A stretch of DNA of 64,000 bases from Pelomyxa schiedti (Eukaryota; Protista; Evosea), in assembly GCA_020536535.1 (NCBI GenBank), contig JAHLWZ010000004.1, positions 124,001 to 188,000 on the forward strand, written 5' to 3'. The notes beneath the pieces are model-generated. The model worked only from the letters and a program-made list of their open reading frames with translations. It searched no databases and was not told the DNA's origin. The position numbers and the translations under genes are program-made. Positions 48,829 to 60,269 of the stretch are shown one piece after another (within the stretch, counting starts at the first letter, position 1; each line of letters begins with the position of its first letter).

Positions 48829-49616
48829 ATGCGAGCGTTATTGGTTCTCCTTGTTGTGGCCGTTTGGTGCTCAAATGCAGAAACAGTCTACAGTGCAGAA
48901 TCAGAGGGTAAATAAACTCAATGTGTTATTTGCCTGCAAAAGGCAGAGGGTTCAACTGTAGTGATAAACTGACAGACTGCGGAAAACCTGCTCTGGTTAC
49001 TGTTGATTTCAACGGTAATTGCTCAGAGTTTGTGTTGGACCAATGCACGCAGTCTCCCTCTGATTGGTACATCAAATATACCTGTTTGGTACTGCTTACA
49101 ACATTGCCTTCCACTTTGAATCTTACTTTTTATATGCAGGGTTCTGAAACTCCCACCCCGGATGATACACTGTCAGACGATGACCTGTATCAATCAACAT
49201 ACCTTAATTAATACTATTCAAGTAAAGAACCAGTCCAGTCTCCCTTACTCAACAATAAGGTGGCTGGTTCGGGACCTGTACTCTGGAGCTGAGTGCACAG
49301 ACTATATTGGATGGGAGGCACTGAGGGCCGATTGCAATTGGATTATTGGTGGCGGTTCGGTTGCTTCCTACATTGACTGTGGTGTTTCTTCTGCTACTGT
49401 GTATTCTTGTGATTCTTCCTGTCACGACTGGTAAACCGCATTTTTCATGCACCGATTCTAAGTCTCTTTCTAAATGCCAGTGATGTGGACAGCACTTGGA
49501 GTTTTGGCTGCGGAGGAGAGGTCGATATATACTGCTATGGTTCAGGGGCCAGTGCTCTTTATTACCCTTTTTCACTGTTCCTCATTTTGCTACTGTTCAG
49601 TGTTTTGTGGGTATAA
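48829..49616 (+). CDS. Small Cys-rich secreted, probably GPI-anchored surface protein
   Basis: Signal MRALLVLLVVAVWCSNA; Cys-rich exons; the last exon ends GSGASALYYPFSLFLILLLFSVLWV* (small residues then a hydrophobic tail). Middle exon phases are uncertain. Confidence 0.6.
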
Positions 49617-49647
49617 GCCGACAAACAATTATTTTCATGATTCCACT

Positions 49648-50864
49648 TTAACTCTTGGAGGTTTTTGGTGTGGAACTTTTGTGGTGGTGGTGTTGTTTGT
49701 GATGTTTCTCGTCATGCTGGTAACTCTTTGGGTCAATGTACAGTTCCTTTTTGGCATTCAACAGGTAGTTCCTTGGTAAGTTTCCAGTGTAAGGTACCCA
49801 CTCTGGGCGTTTTCTGTGCAGTCGTTAGGGGACGAGACATTGAATCACAAGATAATCGGCACATACTCTGGAAGAACCCTGGGGGTAGGAGTTACTGCAG
49901 TTGCAGGCCCTGTTACAGCTGGATTCGGGGGATAATATGGGGGATAAGGATATGGAGATGCTCCAGGGGATCCTGGTTGTGGTCCAGGACCCGGGGGGAA
50001 ATACGGAGGATACGGATATGGTGGTGCCCCAGGAGGTGCTCCCTGTGGGCCTCCGGGTGGGAAATAGGGATAGGGAGAGTATGGAATTGTTCCTGGAGGT
50101 GTTGCTACACCAGGAGGGGTCCCTGGTGGGGGCATGCCTGGGTAGGGCTGATATGGATAGCCAGGGTATGGCGGGGTGACTCCGGGTTGAGGTGGGGTGG
50201 AGGGAGAGGGTGAAGGTGGGGTTGTAGTGGGAGAAGTTGTATTTGTGGCAGGAGTTGTTGTGGAGGTGGCAGAAGTAGGGGATCCATTAGCCCACGGCCC
50301 AGAGAAATCCAAAGCTTTGTACTTTATACTAACACGGCCCCTGTGACTATGACCCTCGGATTTGGGTCCAACACGAAGTTGGAGCTCTGTAGAAATTTCT
50401 TCCCCCTGCCTCAACTTATTTACCATAAATCCAGCGTAACCAAGAAAGTCATCACCTCTAAAGGGAGAGGTAGGTGGGAGAATTATAATTTGATACAAAA
50501 GATGGAAAATATACCCGTCTTCATCCCAGTCCCAGACTTCTACAACAACGGCATCAGTAGCTGCATCAGCCACCTGCACAGTAAGAGTTTTATTGAATAC
50601 AGGATCCAAATTCTGCAGGGAAAAAACAATTAGAAAGTGGAAGGAAAGTTCACTCAATATACTTGTAAAATAGTTTCAGTGCGCCATTTCCCCTCACTAG
50701 TAACCAACACAACATAGGGGTCACTGAGACCTACCCAAAAGAAAAAAAAAAACAGTAAGAAGGGTGGTTCCATAACAACTAACTAAGTTTAAACCATTGG
50801 CATCAGCAGCAGCCAAATGTGAACATGACACAATTGTAACGTCTAACTTGCCCCCCAACGACAT
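49648..50864 (-). CDS. C2-domain protein with Pro/Tyr/Gly-rich C-terminal region
   Basis: MSLGGKLDVTIVSCSHLAAADANG|LSDPYV, NLDPVFNKTL, VEVWDWD, DDFLG; PPYPGYPYQPYPG repeats; TAA at 49648-49650. Confidence 0.85.
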
Positions 50865-51016
50865 TGGTGGTTTTTTTTTTGTTGTTTGTCCTTTGGGTTT
50901 TTTTTTCCCTCTTGCAGTTCGTTTGCCAGTTAAGGAAACTGGCCGGTGCTTCTTTCTTAGGTAACAAAATGTTCCCGACAAGGAGACAGACACGGCGTGA
51001 GTTGTGACCCACACAC

Positions 51017-52989
51017 TCAGAAGAAATCGTAAGTGGGCTCCTCCGAGTCAGGAAGATCTGCAAATGCGAGGATTGGATGCTCCGCGTGCTGAACCGCTTC
51101 GCTGAAATCGTCAGGGCAGAAGGACACAAGCCGCGTGATGACGTCGTCTAGATCGTCAGGTCCTTTGTGTGTGTAGGGTACCAGGCGATTGCGGTCATCA
51201 ATTACGTGAAGGGTGTCAACGGCACTGCTGGCAGAAACTACCTATTCGAGCGCGGCCCGGTAATGATTATTAGAATGAGGGAATGAGAAACGGGTTTGGA
51301 GAATCGATTCTACATACGGTGATGCTTTCGCCTGAGAGGTCGATAACCATAGCAGGGTGGGACATGTTTCTCATGTCAAACACTGTTAATAGCCCTCCCA
51401 CAACTGGGTGGTGAACCGTTCGGTACCTGGTTTTCCGGTGTCAATAGATTGTAAGTGAAGCGGAACCATGAATATGCACACGTGTCCATCTTGTGCCATT
51501 TGGAGGGCTCGTAGAATTCAGAGTGCAGAAATTCGTTCCATGGAAGAAACTTCGCCTGAACCGCCGTGTTGAATTGGCAGTCTTCCGGTACCGGACCTGC
51601 TAAGTGTTTAATGATAGAATGGTTGATCTATCAGACCTATAGTTTCAAATGGCCCTCTCTCCTGAAGCCGGTGTGCTTGAGAGTAAAAGGGAATCCATTC
51701 ATTCTGCCAAAGGGGGTCAGTCCCAAGTAAAGTTAATTGACCAAATTACCCAATTATCTCCCCATCCAAGGTAGTGGACCTGGATTCTGTCTGACGTAGG
51801 ATCAACGTCTACAATTCTGGCTGCGTACCATTTATTTACCGTGTCCTGAACTTTTAGCTGGCTCCCGATTGTGGGAGAAACCTGGGGTACCATGAGAAGA
51901 AGTTTGGGAATGGTCCTAGTACCAATATTCCATAGGAAACCTGCAGCAGACTTGGGCCACATTGTAACCCCTTCCAGTAAGGTTCAATGTCTGGCCGTTT
52001 AGATATTACATAGTTGGGGCAGCTGTCCGGGGTCCCTGAGAGATCCTGTCGTAGCGAAAAAGTAGGCTCGGGAGAGGTGGCAGGTTCAGAATCTCGCTTA
52101 TATGAAGACAACCGTAGCAGGGGTGGAGGTGCTGGCCAATGCCCTCCATGAATCATCAAGGAAATCGCTCTGCTTTGTATATACTGAAACCACTTGATGT
52201 GGGTTTTCCTGGTGGCACTGAATGGGCATATAGTCGTACAAAAATTAAGGTTTCTTTTCTCATGTAAGGTTAAAAAAAATGTGTCAAACACGAACCGTAA
52301 GGAACTTTTGTCAGACACAGCATCAACCCAAAAAACTGTGGGAACAGCTCTTCTAGAGGGCTTTGTCTCGAATTAGATGTATTCTAACAGTTTGTAACTT
52401 ACAGCAGTAGTGCCAACCAGAATAACTCGTTCATTTAACCGCAATATCACCCGAAATGCCTTCCAATCAGTGTACTCAGGGAGGTAGACTTGAACTATGT
52501 CTCCTTAAGGGTAAATAAGTTAAAAAAATACTGTCCCATCAGTGGTACTTGACACAACTCACCTACGCAGGGTTTCTGAAACATAAATTTATAAATATTC
52601 TTCCAACAGCCTTGCGAACTATCTCCAAAAAATCAGTATATTGTACAATTGAGGTGTGAGTGTTGAGTGCGTTGCGCTCAACCAAACATTATGAGTTGAA
52701 CGCCGATAGCGAGATTAGAAAGTATTAAGACACAATTACAACGACATCACTCGAATAGCATCTTCCCTGTAATCATAAGTCCCAAAAATACATTTTACAG
52801 CAACCTCTCCAACGTAGCACTGCTCATCCTGTCAAAGTCCCTGAGGCACATGGAGTGCCACAGGGCGTCCCCCGCCGCGTCGACGGCGTCGCGCCACCCA
52901 CGGCACACCCCCCGCAGAACAACACACACTTCTTTGGCGCTCAGGCCCCCCCGCACACATACGTCGACGATAACCGCCCCCTGCTCCAT
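51017..52989 (-). CDS. F-box protein with Tudor/chromo-barrel-like (MBT/Agenet-type) domain
   Basis: F-box-like LSAKEVCVVLRGVCRGWRDAV..DALWHSMC. GSQLKVQDTVNKWYAARIVDVDPTSDRIQVHYLGWGDNW|NEWIP is a Royal-family aromatic-cage pattern. An alternative upstream ATG at 53079 is possible. Confidence 0.65.
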
Positions 52990-53094
52990 GCTTTTGTTTT
53001 CCTCTTCGACACCGAAAACCGGATCGACACTTCGAAAGGGCCAAAACTGTGCTCCATCAGAAACTCCAATCACTTCCATCTACTCTGAGAGACG

Positions 53095-55082
53095 ATGACA
53101 GCGCTGAGCAGGGAGGAAGACACCATGGACTTGCTGCAGTTCGCGTCGACGCAGCGGCGCACGGTGCCTGTGGCACGCGTCGAGGACGAAGACGCCGCCG
53201 TCGTGGATGCCGAGGAGCACGAGGAAGGGGAGAAACCGCCGGAGGACGCGGAAGTGGTGCGAGGCGTGCAGGTGATTGCCGAAGGCGACGACGACGACAA
53301 CGACAACGACGGGTGGTTGACGCAGGAGGAGCCCGAGGAACCGCCGAGAGGCTGCGCACGAGGGCACGCGCCCCGCGTAGGAGGAGATTCCGGCGCTGGT
53401 GCGGCGGCAGATACTACGGGCGGAAATTCTGAGCCGCCGGGAAGCCGTGACAGAGACAGAGACACAGACCGGCCCAGCGACGACGACGGCGAGACGACGG
53501 AGCCAGAGGACGGACCTGTCTCCGGCGACGATGAGGCCGACATTAAGAAACCAAGTGCCGAGACAGAGGCGGGCACAACCGCGGTGACCTCCCCCGGAGC
53601 ACCCACACCCATAATTGCAGCGGCGCCAGCACCAGCACCAGCACCCAAGTCGGAACCCACGGCGGCTTCCACGTCTGCAAGCAGCGGCGCCCCTATTGCG
53701 TTGTTCAGCTCCACCACTTGCTCAACTTCGTCTGCTTCCGCATTCAGCGAATGTACATCCACCTCCACAACGGCGAAGCCCATGTCCGCATTCACCGCTC
53801 TCGAGGCATATGCGAAGGCTCCCATAAGTGCGACTCCGGCACCGAGCGGGAATCAAGGGAGTGAACCGGGAGGGGGGAGAGGCGATTCGACCAGGGAGCA
53901 GGAACCGAACCCACTACTACAAGGAGTAGAGGCTTGTGGGTTACTATGCGGAAACGAGACCGAGACCTACGATGCCAAGGCTGGTGGTGGTGGTGGGAGA
54001 GCTCTCCCTGAGTGGATGATGGACCCACGTGAAGTGGAGAAGGTGTGATTGTGGGTGCGCCGGTTTTTTACTTCATAGGGTAGTTTGATTTGACACCTTG
54101 TGTAAGATACGGCAGGAAAAAGCCAAGATATTACAAGAAAATAGGAGCACTTTTCTTCACGAAGCAGAGGAATACTTCACGCAGCACGTGAGTGATTTCC
54201 ATGGTGAAGTCCTCAGCTGGAGAATAAAGAACGCAATTAACTCCCAAATTAAGATCCCTCTCGCTTCTTCACACCAACACAAGAGCTGCCTGTAGAGGGA
54301 AGAGTTGTTTGTTTTGACCTGGAAACAACAGGATTTGGCGCAAATGATTGGTAACTTTTTCTACTTTCTACTTCTCCCTTAATTAATATTCTCTATAGTA
54401 TCATCGAAATTGGGGCAGTTGAGTTGATTGATGGTGAATTCCCCCTCATTCCACATGCTTGCTGAAATGGAAATCCAGGTGTTAGAACAGGGCTTATCTT
54501 CCAATCGTATGCACAGCCCACTTGTCCAATTCATCCAATGGCTTTTGAGGTCTGAAACGAAACTTACAAACAAAAGAATGCAACGCAATTTTCAAAACAA
54601 AACAAACCACACACAAAAAAAAACCCAGACAAGTAACATGAGGGAATAAAAGGCACACAACTTGTCTGAGAAATTTTTGATGACTGCCCCACCACTTCAA
54701 ATACCACTTGCCAGTTTTATATCCTGGATAGGTGACAGTCCTTTAGTAGCCCACAACGCCAGATTTGACACCAGGATGCTGGTTTGTAGTGCTTCCCCCC
54801 TTAACCCAAAACAAAAGAACACCAGCACATGAATTCAATTCAACTCAACTCACACAGGTGCAGCAATTGAATAAGTACAACTACACACTCCCGGCAAGCA
54901 ACAACTTTTTCTGCACGATGCAATACTTTCGTAGACACAATCCAGGCCTGCCTTACTCCCTTGACAATGTGGCATCATTCTATGGTGTTGATAGGGGTTT
55001 CAACCGCATAGTGCACGGGGCTTTACTCGATGCCGAGATACTGGCTGCTGTGTTCTCTAGAATGCGGTCCTTCTTGGGATAA
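53095..55082 (+). CDS. dnaQ: DEDDh 3'-5' exonuclease, DNA polymerase III epsilon (DnaQ)-like, with long acidic low-complexity N-terminus
   Basis: ExoI VVCFDLETTGF, IIEIGAVELIDGE, TGLIFQSYAQP..PIHPMAFE|AHNLSEKFL, ExoII LVAHNARFD, ExoIII HGALLDAEILA; several spliceosomal introns. Confidence 0.85.
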
Positions 55083-55120
55083 TAATATGAGAACAGAGTC
55101 CAAAACAATTATTGTGCAAT

Positions 55121-57223
55121 TTACTCCTTTTCTTTTTCTTGCTGGGTGGTTGGTGTTGATACTGGCTCTGTGTGTGGTTCCTCAGTATGTTGTGTGGACT
55201 CTGTGTTTGCACTTGGGTCATCTGTGGGTGCCGATGCCATTTCTTGTGACTGGGGTGGCTCTGTCTCCTTTGTATCTATGGGTGCTGTTGTGGCTGGTTC
55301 TGATGTTGTTGACTTTGTTTCTGTTGTTGGCTTCTCCTCCGTTTCTGGGTTCATCACGCTTGCTTCATGTTTTGTTTCTGTTGTCTCTACTTTCATATCA
55401 GTGTCTGGCTTCGAGGTGGAGTTGTCTGCATTTGATTGCGTTTCAGTCTGCGTACTGGCTTCCCCTTTCGTTTCTGCTTCTGTACTACTGTTTACTGCAT
55501 TGGGTTCCACCACTGGGGGGAAATAATATGGTGTGTAGAGATCATACACCCGAACCTCCCGATCTGTGTAGTTGGCGAAAATGATACGATCCACCTAATC
55601 AAGATGAGCGGCAAGTTAATTTGGTTGTGAATAACCTTTTCTCGGTTATTCCCAGTTTCCAACCACCTACGAACTCTGTGTAGTGCTATGTTGGCAGCTT
55701 TTTTGAGGGGAAAACCGAATATCCCTGTTGAAATGCTGTAATCAATGTTTAGTTCAAAAAAACGAAAAAATGAACAATGTCTGCCTACCCACAAAATGCC
55801 TAGCAAAGAATTAGAAGAACAAAAAGTCAGAAAATTAGGAATACAAGAGTTCGGATGTTATGGCTGTCGACAAAACTAAGGCACGTTTTGTAGCAAGAGT
55901 CTAGAAGTTCACAATTTTCTCCTACGGGACCAACAGTGTGTAGTACATCTTGAAGAATTAAGTGAAGGCGTGGAAACGTGATAAAAGGCACATTTTGCAG
56001 GTAAACGATATCCCTTAGTTATTTTTGTTTGACCAGTGTCACAGCCATTCAATTTCTCACATTCCTCAAGAAGTTGAAACCCCGCAGCTGCATGTATCGC
56101 TCCATCAACTATATACTGGTTAGAAAGACTAGATGAAATAAGAAAGAACAACCCCCCCCTCCTCCAAGAAGACTCCCGTTTGCTGCATTGACAATAGCAT
56201 CCCCACGCAGTGTTGTTACTTTGTGTGTTAGAAGTATTTCAATTTTCTAAGAATATACCACTTCCAGCATATAATGCAATCTTTTTGGAGAGAGTGGAAT
56301 CAGGGGTGTAGGGACCACCAAGCAATAGCTCCTATAAAAAAATATTAGGGCAAAAAAAACTTTTGTGGCTACCTCGTCAGAAACATCATCTTCATCATAA
56401 CTTGAGGGTATCCTGAACATCTTGAAGGGCTCTCGCCTTTGCTGTTTCAACCAGGGCTTCTTTTGACCAGGTGGTGGGGGTGGCGGCGCAAGGGTCATTG
56501 GTGGTGGTGGTGGAGGTGGTTGCGCCACATCCAATTGCGGCTCCTGTGCATTAACACTAGGCTTAGGAGTTTGCTCAGAATTCAACAAAGGTTCAGCTAC
56601 GGAAGATCCTTCTGCCTCATTTGTTTGGGAAGCCATCTGAGTGTCTTCACTCTTAACAGGCTCAACCACAGGCTCAGCAGCAGGGTTAATCACAGTGCCA
56701 CCAGTCTGAGCCTCCTTTTCAGAGCCAGACACAGAAACACAGCAGCTTGCACCTTCACCATTGGCATTTGCATGCACATTTACAGTTGCAGTTGCATTTT
56801 CACTTCCATCCACACTCGTATTCGTAGTTGCAGTTGCATTTTCACTAGCATTCGCATTCGCATTCGTATTCGTAGCTGCCTCCGCTTTTGCGCTCGCACT
56901 GACACTCACGGGCACATGTTCGTCGGTCGTTGCAGTTGCTCCACTGCCACACGCGCACGAGCACGACGTAGTGGGAACCACTGCGGGCTCCTCATTTACG
57001 GAATCGCACGGTTCGGGGTTCGGCGTGAAATTTTCAGACAGAGGGAAATCGTCGACACGTGCAGTCGCGCAGTGGTCGTACCAATTTTCGAGGTCCGTCT
57101 GCGGTAGAGAGGGGGGGAAAAAAGTCAGTCACGGCAAGTCACCGGATGAAAGCAACAAACCATGTTGCGTGTCACCGGACTACGGTAGGGTCCTCCGCCC
57201 CATCCTCCTCCCCAGCCCCACAT
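55121..57223 (-). CDS. Macrodomain ADP-ribosyl hydrolase (MacroD-type) flanked by low-complexity tails
   Basis: [16 protein letters not shown]|[50 protein letters not shown]. Confidence 0.92.
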
Positions 57224-57296
57224 TTTTTGTTCTTAGGATGTTGGTTTTTTTCTCACTCTCTTTTACGGATCTGCTATCTAGCTAGTTCTGGTTCAC

Positions 57297-59029
57297 ATGC
57301 ACAACGACACGGACGGCGAACCGGCGACACACAGGCCCGCACACAAGACCAAGCGAGGAGGGACCAATCCGAAGCACCACGGCCACAAGGGCGTTTCGCC
57401 ACCATCGAGAGTGCCACCGCCGACTACGCAGGATCAACAGCAATCCCCTGCGCTGTCAATTGTGCCTGCATTTGCTGGTGACGTGGGCGCACCTACCAAC
57501 TGCGTAATTTTGATAGACTCTCCCGCCAAACCCAAAAAGAAGAAGAAAGCCGGGGGGTCGTCGTCTTGCTCCGCTTCCATTTCTGGTTACGGTTCCGATT
57601 GCGGTTCCTCAACACTACCTTCGTCACCTTCCCATAATAGTTCTGCTGCTGCTTCAGGTGGAGGAAATGACTCTGACACCGATTTCTTCCTTTCACTCCC
57701 TCCGCTGTTTTCTTCTCCTTGTTCTTCTTCAACTCCTGCTCCTCATATTCCACCTCCCCCTCCTCCTTCTCAGAATATTGAACCTCATACTCCTCCAGCC
57801 TACTTGCCCCAGTTAACTTCACCTACTTCACCTGTTAATTCTTCTGCTACACCCATTATTGCCTCTACATCACCTCTGGGGGTTTTGAGGCATTCACAGT
57901 CTCCGAACTCTCTTTCACTCTCCACTTCGTTGCCTCAGCAATCCTATGATTCAAATGTTGACAATAGTGTACCGACTGAGCCATCTCCAAAGAGGAATTG
58001 TGTGGGGCTTTCTGTGGTCTCTTTGGAAAATGTGACGGTCACACACAAGTCACCCACCCAGTGTCGCCCTACAAGTTTGCTTTTTTTCTCCCAGAAGTTA
58101 TATTAATATGCTTCAGCTCCTCCCAGGAGAGTTCCAAGTGACCCTAGTATCTGTGACTCACACGTTGTGTGCGATAGGCAAGCTATCAAGCATTTACCCT
58201 TTCTTCGTTATCTTGATTAAAGGGAAGTGCTGAACCTATTGGTATCCCATCTCCACACGGAAACTGAAAAAATATCCATGATTTCTGATTACTTTTTGTT
58301 ATTGCACAAACGTGAGCAAGAAAAGCGCGACAGTGACATTATGCGTGCCAACGAATCTTACAACAGAGCGGTAATTTATGACCATCTCTCAAGCGCTTTT
58401 ATTCAATCCAAGTAGGTACGGGAACTAGATGAAATCAAGTCCCAAATACTCTCTAGAATACAAAATAAGACAACCTGCCCCATTTCACAACCTGCCCCAG
58501 TGCTCACTGTTTGCCAACCCTCTTTTAGTGCCCCGATAGCACAAAGCTTCACTGATGACAATTACTTTGTTCCGAACTGTGAGCCAAGTAATTCCAATGA
58601 ATTTGTATACCAAATCTGATCAACCTTGAACAGGAACTGACCCACTGCCAAGTGCACCGCAGATGCGGGATACAACCCTTGCACTACAAGGTTTGTCGAA
58701 GCCAAGGTTATTTCTCCTAAATGTTGGTAGTAGGAACAAGGAGTGAAATTGGCACGCAACAACCATCAGATCAGCAAGCACCAGCAATCCAACAACCCCC
58801 GACTTCCCAACAACAACCAGATGCAACAGCAGTTACCCAACAGCCAATGCCTAACTTCAGCGGAATGTCATTGGCAGAACTCAAGCAGGTATCTAGGCAT
58901 TGCGTTGTATTCGGCTCATTTTTCTCCTAGCATGCAGCTCAATATGGAATACGAGCCGGCACCAAACAGTTCATGGTTTCCACATTAGAAAAAGTGTGGA
59001 CGAAATGTGCCACCAAGACAAATCCATGA
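57297..59029 (+). CDS. Ser/Pro-rich protein with C-terminal SAP-like motif resembling the SLX4 SAP domain
   Basis: Long S/P-rich first exon with KPKKKKK (NLS-like). The final exons splice to PMPNFSGMSLAELKQ|HAAQYGIRAGTKQFMVSTLEKVW. TGA at 59027-59029. Confidence 0.55.
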
Positions 59030-59051
59030 AGACGAAAATAAACTCTCAAAT

Positions 59052-60130
59052 TTAATGTGTGCACTCCTTTGGTTTAACAAACAAGTTCGAACTTGGTAGC
59101 ACCTCTATGATTGAATCCCGGTTGAACTCAATTTCCCTTGCCCAACTGACTCTTACAATTGCACCTTGGTTTCTCAAGTATTTGAAATAGGCTGGTAATG
59201 CACTTTCAAAGCCATTGCGAACAGAGCAAGAGATCAAGCACCCCTCATTAGACAATCTTTGACATTCTGACTCTGGGGCCTGGATGGCCGCTGTGAAATT
59301 CTCTACAATAGAGAGAGTAGAAAATTAACTCAAACCAAAACAAGCCTGAGCTTACCAGTAATACAAGCCACTCCAGGGTTACTGCATCCACTTTGCCACA
59401 TAAACACACGGCCCTGTACCGCCGATTCGCCACTTCCCAAAGTAACATTTGACACGAACTTTGCAGTAGGTCTCATTGACACCCCAATAGACTGTGGGTC
59501 AGGCCAATACCCAGGAGTTGCACCATTCTCATAGCACTGCCCAGTTTGGCTATCCACCATGTAGTATGTATCAGGATGAGTGATATCCGGCACAACCACA
59601 TGTAGTGACAATCCCTGCCCAACACCAGCTGTAGAGGCCTGCTGCCTCACAACAACCATGTCCACTTTGTACCTCAGTGATTTGCCTCTCTTGAAAACTG
59701 TGCCGTGTGTGATGTTGAACAGCTCTTGGCCCACAGGGAAAGCCACGCTGACAGACCCACCCGATATCTCAACAAAGTAGGAGTCAGGATACTTGACAAG
59801 CAGATGGTCCTGTGGCCCACATGGATTGTTGTTGCTGTTCAAATCAGACTCTGGGCACTGTGACTCCGGATAGCACTTACACACTGTGCCCTTTTTTTTT
59901 GGTTTTGGTTTTTGTTTGTTGATGGTGTGCTGCTACTGTGGGGGGTGGTCATTCAAAAAAAAAAGGCATACTGAGGGACATTGCTTGGTTTGGGCCTTGG
60001 GCTCCGATGTGCACGTATACCAGTGTGTTTCATTTAGACAAGCCAGTGTGAATTGGTCTCTGAAGCAAGTCTGTGCCACAACGACTGCAAACAACTCAAC
60101 AAGCACGATCAAGCTCACACAACCAAACAT
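59052..60130 (-). CDS. Secreted protein: Cys-rich chitin-binding-like N-module + ependymin-related (EPDR)-like domain
   Basis: Signal MFGCVSLIVLVELFAVVVA; CFRDQFTLACLNETHWYTC...QCPS|GTVCKC; YYMVDSQTGQC...YWPDP...AKFVSNVTLG resembles the ependymin-family core. Confidence 0.55.
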
Positions 60131-60269
60131 TGTTTTTGAGCGTAGGATATGTAGAAATGGAATGTAGGCTTAAAAAACAAGGAAATGGGTACGCCAGGTA
60201 AACTGGGAACACTAAAAAGAATAAAAAAAAAGCCAGAGATGAATTAGATAGAAGATATAATTTCTATTG

